Part shown: piece after piece, positions 61,332 through 64,000 of the stretch | Layout of the letters: every line of letters begins with the position of its first letter | Numbering within the stretch: position 1 is the stretch's first letter | From: Syntrophorhabdaceae bacterium | GTDB lineage: Bacteria; Desulfobacterota; Syntrophorhabdia; Syntrophorhabdales; Syntrophorhabdaceae | Length of the DNA: 64,000 bases | Reading direction: 5' to 3' | Assembly (NCBI GenBank): GCA_963665295.1 | Contig: OY762209.1 | Coordinates: 5,248,001-5,312,000, forward strand | Position numbers and translations under genes: made by a program | Notes under the pieces: model-generated | Seen by the model: only the letters and a program-made list of their open reading frames with translations | Databases searched by the model: none | Told to the model about the DNA's origin: nothing

Positions 61332-61363
61332 AAGGGCAGGTTAGAAACGGCCCTGCCCTTCTT
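61332..61363 (+). terminator. Probable terminator hairpin after the thiolase gene
   Basis: AAGGGCAGG...CCTGCCCTT followed by CTT. Confidence 0.45.
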
Positions 61364-61583
61364 GACCGGCAATCGTCGCGACAGGCGCGCTCTCCCTTCC
61401 CCGCGGCCCAACTACCCCTTTTTTGGAACTACTGTGCCTTTGTGCCCGAATAATAAGGGGAAAATCGGCAGGAAGGGCAGCGAGTCTCCCCCATAGTCAG
61501 GTCATCCCTGTCTAATATACATGCCTATTATTTACGTTCTGTTTTCTTTGTGCCTTTTCAGTCATAATTATTGTGCGTTTGTC

Positions 61584-61625
61584 TTGACTTTCGCTTTCAC
61601 CATATTTTACTATTTGTATACAAAT
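61584..61625 (+). promoter_or_regulatory. fdh promoter (TTGACT-18-TACTAT) overlapped by the palindrome ATTTGTATACAAAT
   Basis: Promoter hexamers plus a perfect 14-bp palindrome at 61612-61625. Confidence 0.55.
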
Positions 61626-61782
61626 CGTCAAGTTCAAAAACGAGGCCGCAGTGGAACCCCGTTTTAGTACCGCCGATACTACATCTAAGTAAGCGCATCA
61701 AGGGGGTTTTTGTCGAATATATCACTTAAGTTGGCTTTTACGTGTACCAGGAATCTCTTGCCAAACCAAAGGAGGATTGCGG

Positions 61783-64000
61783 ATGAACATCACGATTAAC
61801 GGAATAGCATGCGAGGCCGAAAACGGCCAGACGGTGCTCCAGGTAGCGAGGGCGAACGGGATTCACATTCCCACCCTCTGCGACCTGCCGGAACTGACCC
61901 CTACCGGGGCCTGCCGTGTATGCATGGTAGAGGTTGACAATTCACGGAATCTGGTGGCTGCCTGTTCGTATCTGGCCACCGAAGGCATCAAGGTCCAGAC
62001 TCACACCGAGCGGGTCCTCGAAGCCCGTCGGTTTGTCGTTGAGCTGCTGTTATCATGTCACCCCCTCGATTGTCTTACCTGCGAAAAGGGAGGGGATTGC
62101 GCCCTTCAGAACCTCGCGTACGATCTTGGGTTAAGCAGCAGTCGCCGGATAGAAGGAGAAACACACGACTATGCCGTGGACACTTCCAACCCATTCATTA
62201 TCAGGGATTACAACAAATGCATCCTGTGCCAGAGATGCGTGCGGGCATGCGACGAAATCCAGGGAATCCAGGCCATCAAGAACAGCTATCGCGGGTTCGA
62301 CACGAAAGTGACCACCGCCTTTGACACTCCCTTGCAGGAGAGCAACTGCGCCTTCTGCGGACACTGCGTCCAGGTGTGCCCGGTAGGGGCGCTGACGGAA
62401 AAGAAGGGCGTAGGTAAAGGACGCTCCTATGATACCAAGAAGGTGCGCACCACCTGCCCATATTGTGGAGTCGGCTGTCAACTCTATCTCCACACTAAAG
62501 GTCAGCAGATCGTCAAGGTCACGGGCGTTCAGGATGGTTCACCGAACAAGGGAAGGCTCTGTGTGAAAGGGCGGTTCGGCTACGATTTCATCTACTCCAA
62601 GGACCGGCTGACGACCCCCCTTATAAAGGAAGACGGGGAATTCCGGGAAGCCTCATGGGACGAGGCCCTGGATCTGGTGGCCACCAAGTTCAAAGAAATT
62701 ATCGCTGAAAGCAGTCCCGATGCTATCGCGGGCGTCAGTTGTGCCCGGAGCATCAACGAGGACTCCTACCAGATGCAGAAGTTATTCCGCGCGGTGATCG
62801 GTACGAACAATATCGACCACTGCGCCCGTACCTGACACGCCCCCACTGTCGCCGGTCTGGCGCAATCTTTTGGCTCGGGGGCCATGACAAATTCTTTTGG
62901 AGAATTCGCAAATGCAAAGATGTTTTTCTGTATAGGCACAAACATGACGGAGGCCCATCCCGTGGCAGCCACGTTTCTTAAGAATGCCATGCGAAAAGGC
63001 GCGAAACTTGTCGTAGTGGACCCGCGCAAGCAACCTCTCGTGGACTATGCCAACATCCACTGTCAGATCAAGGTGGGCACCGACATCGCCTTCCTCAACG
63101 GCCTTATGAATGTGCTTATCAACGAAAACCTGTATGACAAGGATTTTGTGGAAGCCAGGTGTGAAAATTTCGATGCCTTCAAGGCGAAGATAATGGAATA
63201 CCCCGTGGAGCGGGCCGCGGAGATTTCGGGCGTGGACGCGGAAAAGATCCGCGCTGTAGCCCGTCTTCTTGCCTCCGTGAAACCGGCCATGTTGATCTAC
63301 ACATTGGGGATCACGGAACACACCACCGGGAAAGACAATGTGATGAGCACCGCCAACCTCCAGTTGCTGCTGGGGAATATGGGTATGCCCGCCGCAGGGG
63401 TGAACCCCCTCAGGGGTCAGAACAATGTCCAGGGAGCCTGTGACATGGGTGCCTTGCCGAACGTCTTCCCCGGGTACCAGAAGGTGATCGACCCGGCTAT
63501 GACCGATAAATTCGCCAAGGCTTGGAACGTCGACACACTGCCCACCGCCAACGGCATCATGATGCCCCAGATGATGGACGGGTTGGTGAGCAAGAAAATC
63601 CGCGCCTTTTACGTCTTCGGCGAGAACCTCGCAAACACGGAACCCGACATCCACAAGGTGGAGCATGAACTGGCTTCCGCGGAGTTTCTCGTATGCCAGG
63701 ATATCTTCCCCACCGAGACGACCCGTTTCGCCCATGTCGTCTTTCCCGCCGCCGCATGGAGCGAAAACGACGGGACCTTCGCGAGCAGCGAACGGCGGGT
63801 GAGTCGGGTCCGCAAGGTCAAGAACCCTCCGGGCCAGGCCAAACCGAACTGGTGGATATTCAAAGAACTGGCCCGTCGCATGGGCCACACGTGGACCTCG
63901 GAAAGTGCCCGTGAAATATGGGATAATGAAGTCTCGGTCCTGGCTCCCGCGCTGGGAGGCATCAAATACAGTCGCATCGAAGAAGACGGCCTTCAGTGGC
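61783..64000 (+). CDS. fdhF: Selenocysteine-containing formate dehydrogenase alpha subunit (cytoplasmic; runs off the window end)
   Basis: N-terminal 2Fe-2S and 4Fe-4S domains, CPYCGVGC and CVKG; in-frame TGA at 62833-62835 in NNIDHCART-U-HAPTV. The frame continues with TNMTEAHP and LRGQNNVQGACDMG. Confidence 0.95.
62833..62880 (+). promoter_or_regulatory. Bacterial SECIS element
   Basis: TGA CAC GCC CCC ACT GTCGCC-GGTCT-GGCGC: apical hairpin at the same offset and with the same GGTC loop as the E. coli fdhF SECIS. Confidence 0.85.

Noticed and set aside
61240..61370. Moco/Wco riboswitch upstream of fdh
   Set aside because: Only one hairpin with GAAAC, lacking the other conserved elements, and it lies upstream of the predicted fdh promoter.
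62833..62835. FDH pseudogene by nonsense mutation
   Set aside because: The TGA sits at the catalytic Sec position with a SECIS and an intact downstream frame.

Overview
Gene-dense 64-kb window (roughly 55-60% GC by eye) from an anaerobic bacterium. Gene content and style suggest a syntrophic Desulfobacterota member such as Syntrophorhabdaceae (inference only). Positions 1-39.5 kb look like core genome: a hybrid histidine kinase, a RimK-like ATP-grasp/7TM-transglutaminase/aspartic peptidase operon, a core methionine synthase, a B12 radical SAM enzyme, a divergent-type membrane pyrophosphatase, an aminopeptidase-lon-amrS cluster, a double-cubane reductase, iorAB, an M16 peptidase, a DegT aminotransferase and tRNA-fMet. 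After the tRNA comes an accessory-looking region: a 179-bp MITE, a Tat-signal ThDP enzyme, an IS256 relic, a secreted esterase and beta-helix protein, two PAS sensors sharing an input module, and an OYE + hydantoinase A/B + thiolase catabolic cluster. The window ends in a selenocysteine formate dehydrogenase (UGA + SECIS) that the ORF track truncates. Best leads: the uncharacterised lactam/heterocycle-type catabolic cluster with a candidate operator, the apparently exported ThDP enzyme, a CRP/FNR box between a candidate anti-SD sRNA and a leaderless nitroreductase, recurrent leaderless genes, and a pseudo-cyclase/CCHC-knuckle/TPR membrane protein. All calls come from reading the sequence and recognising motifs; no searches were run.
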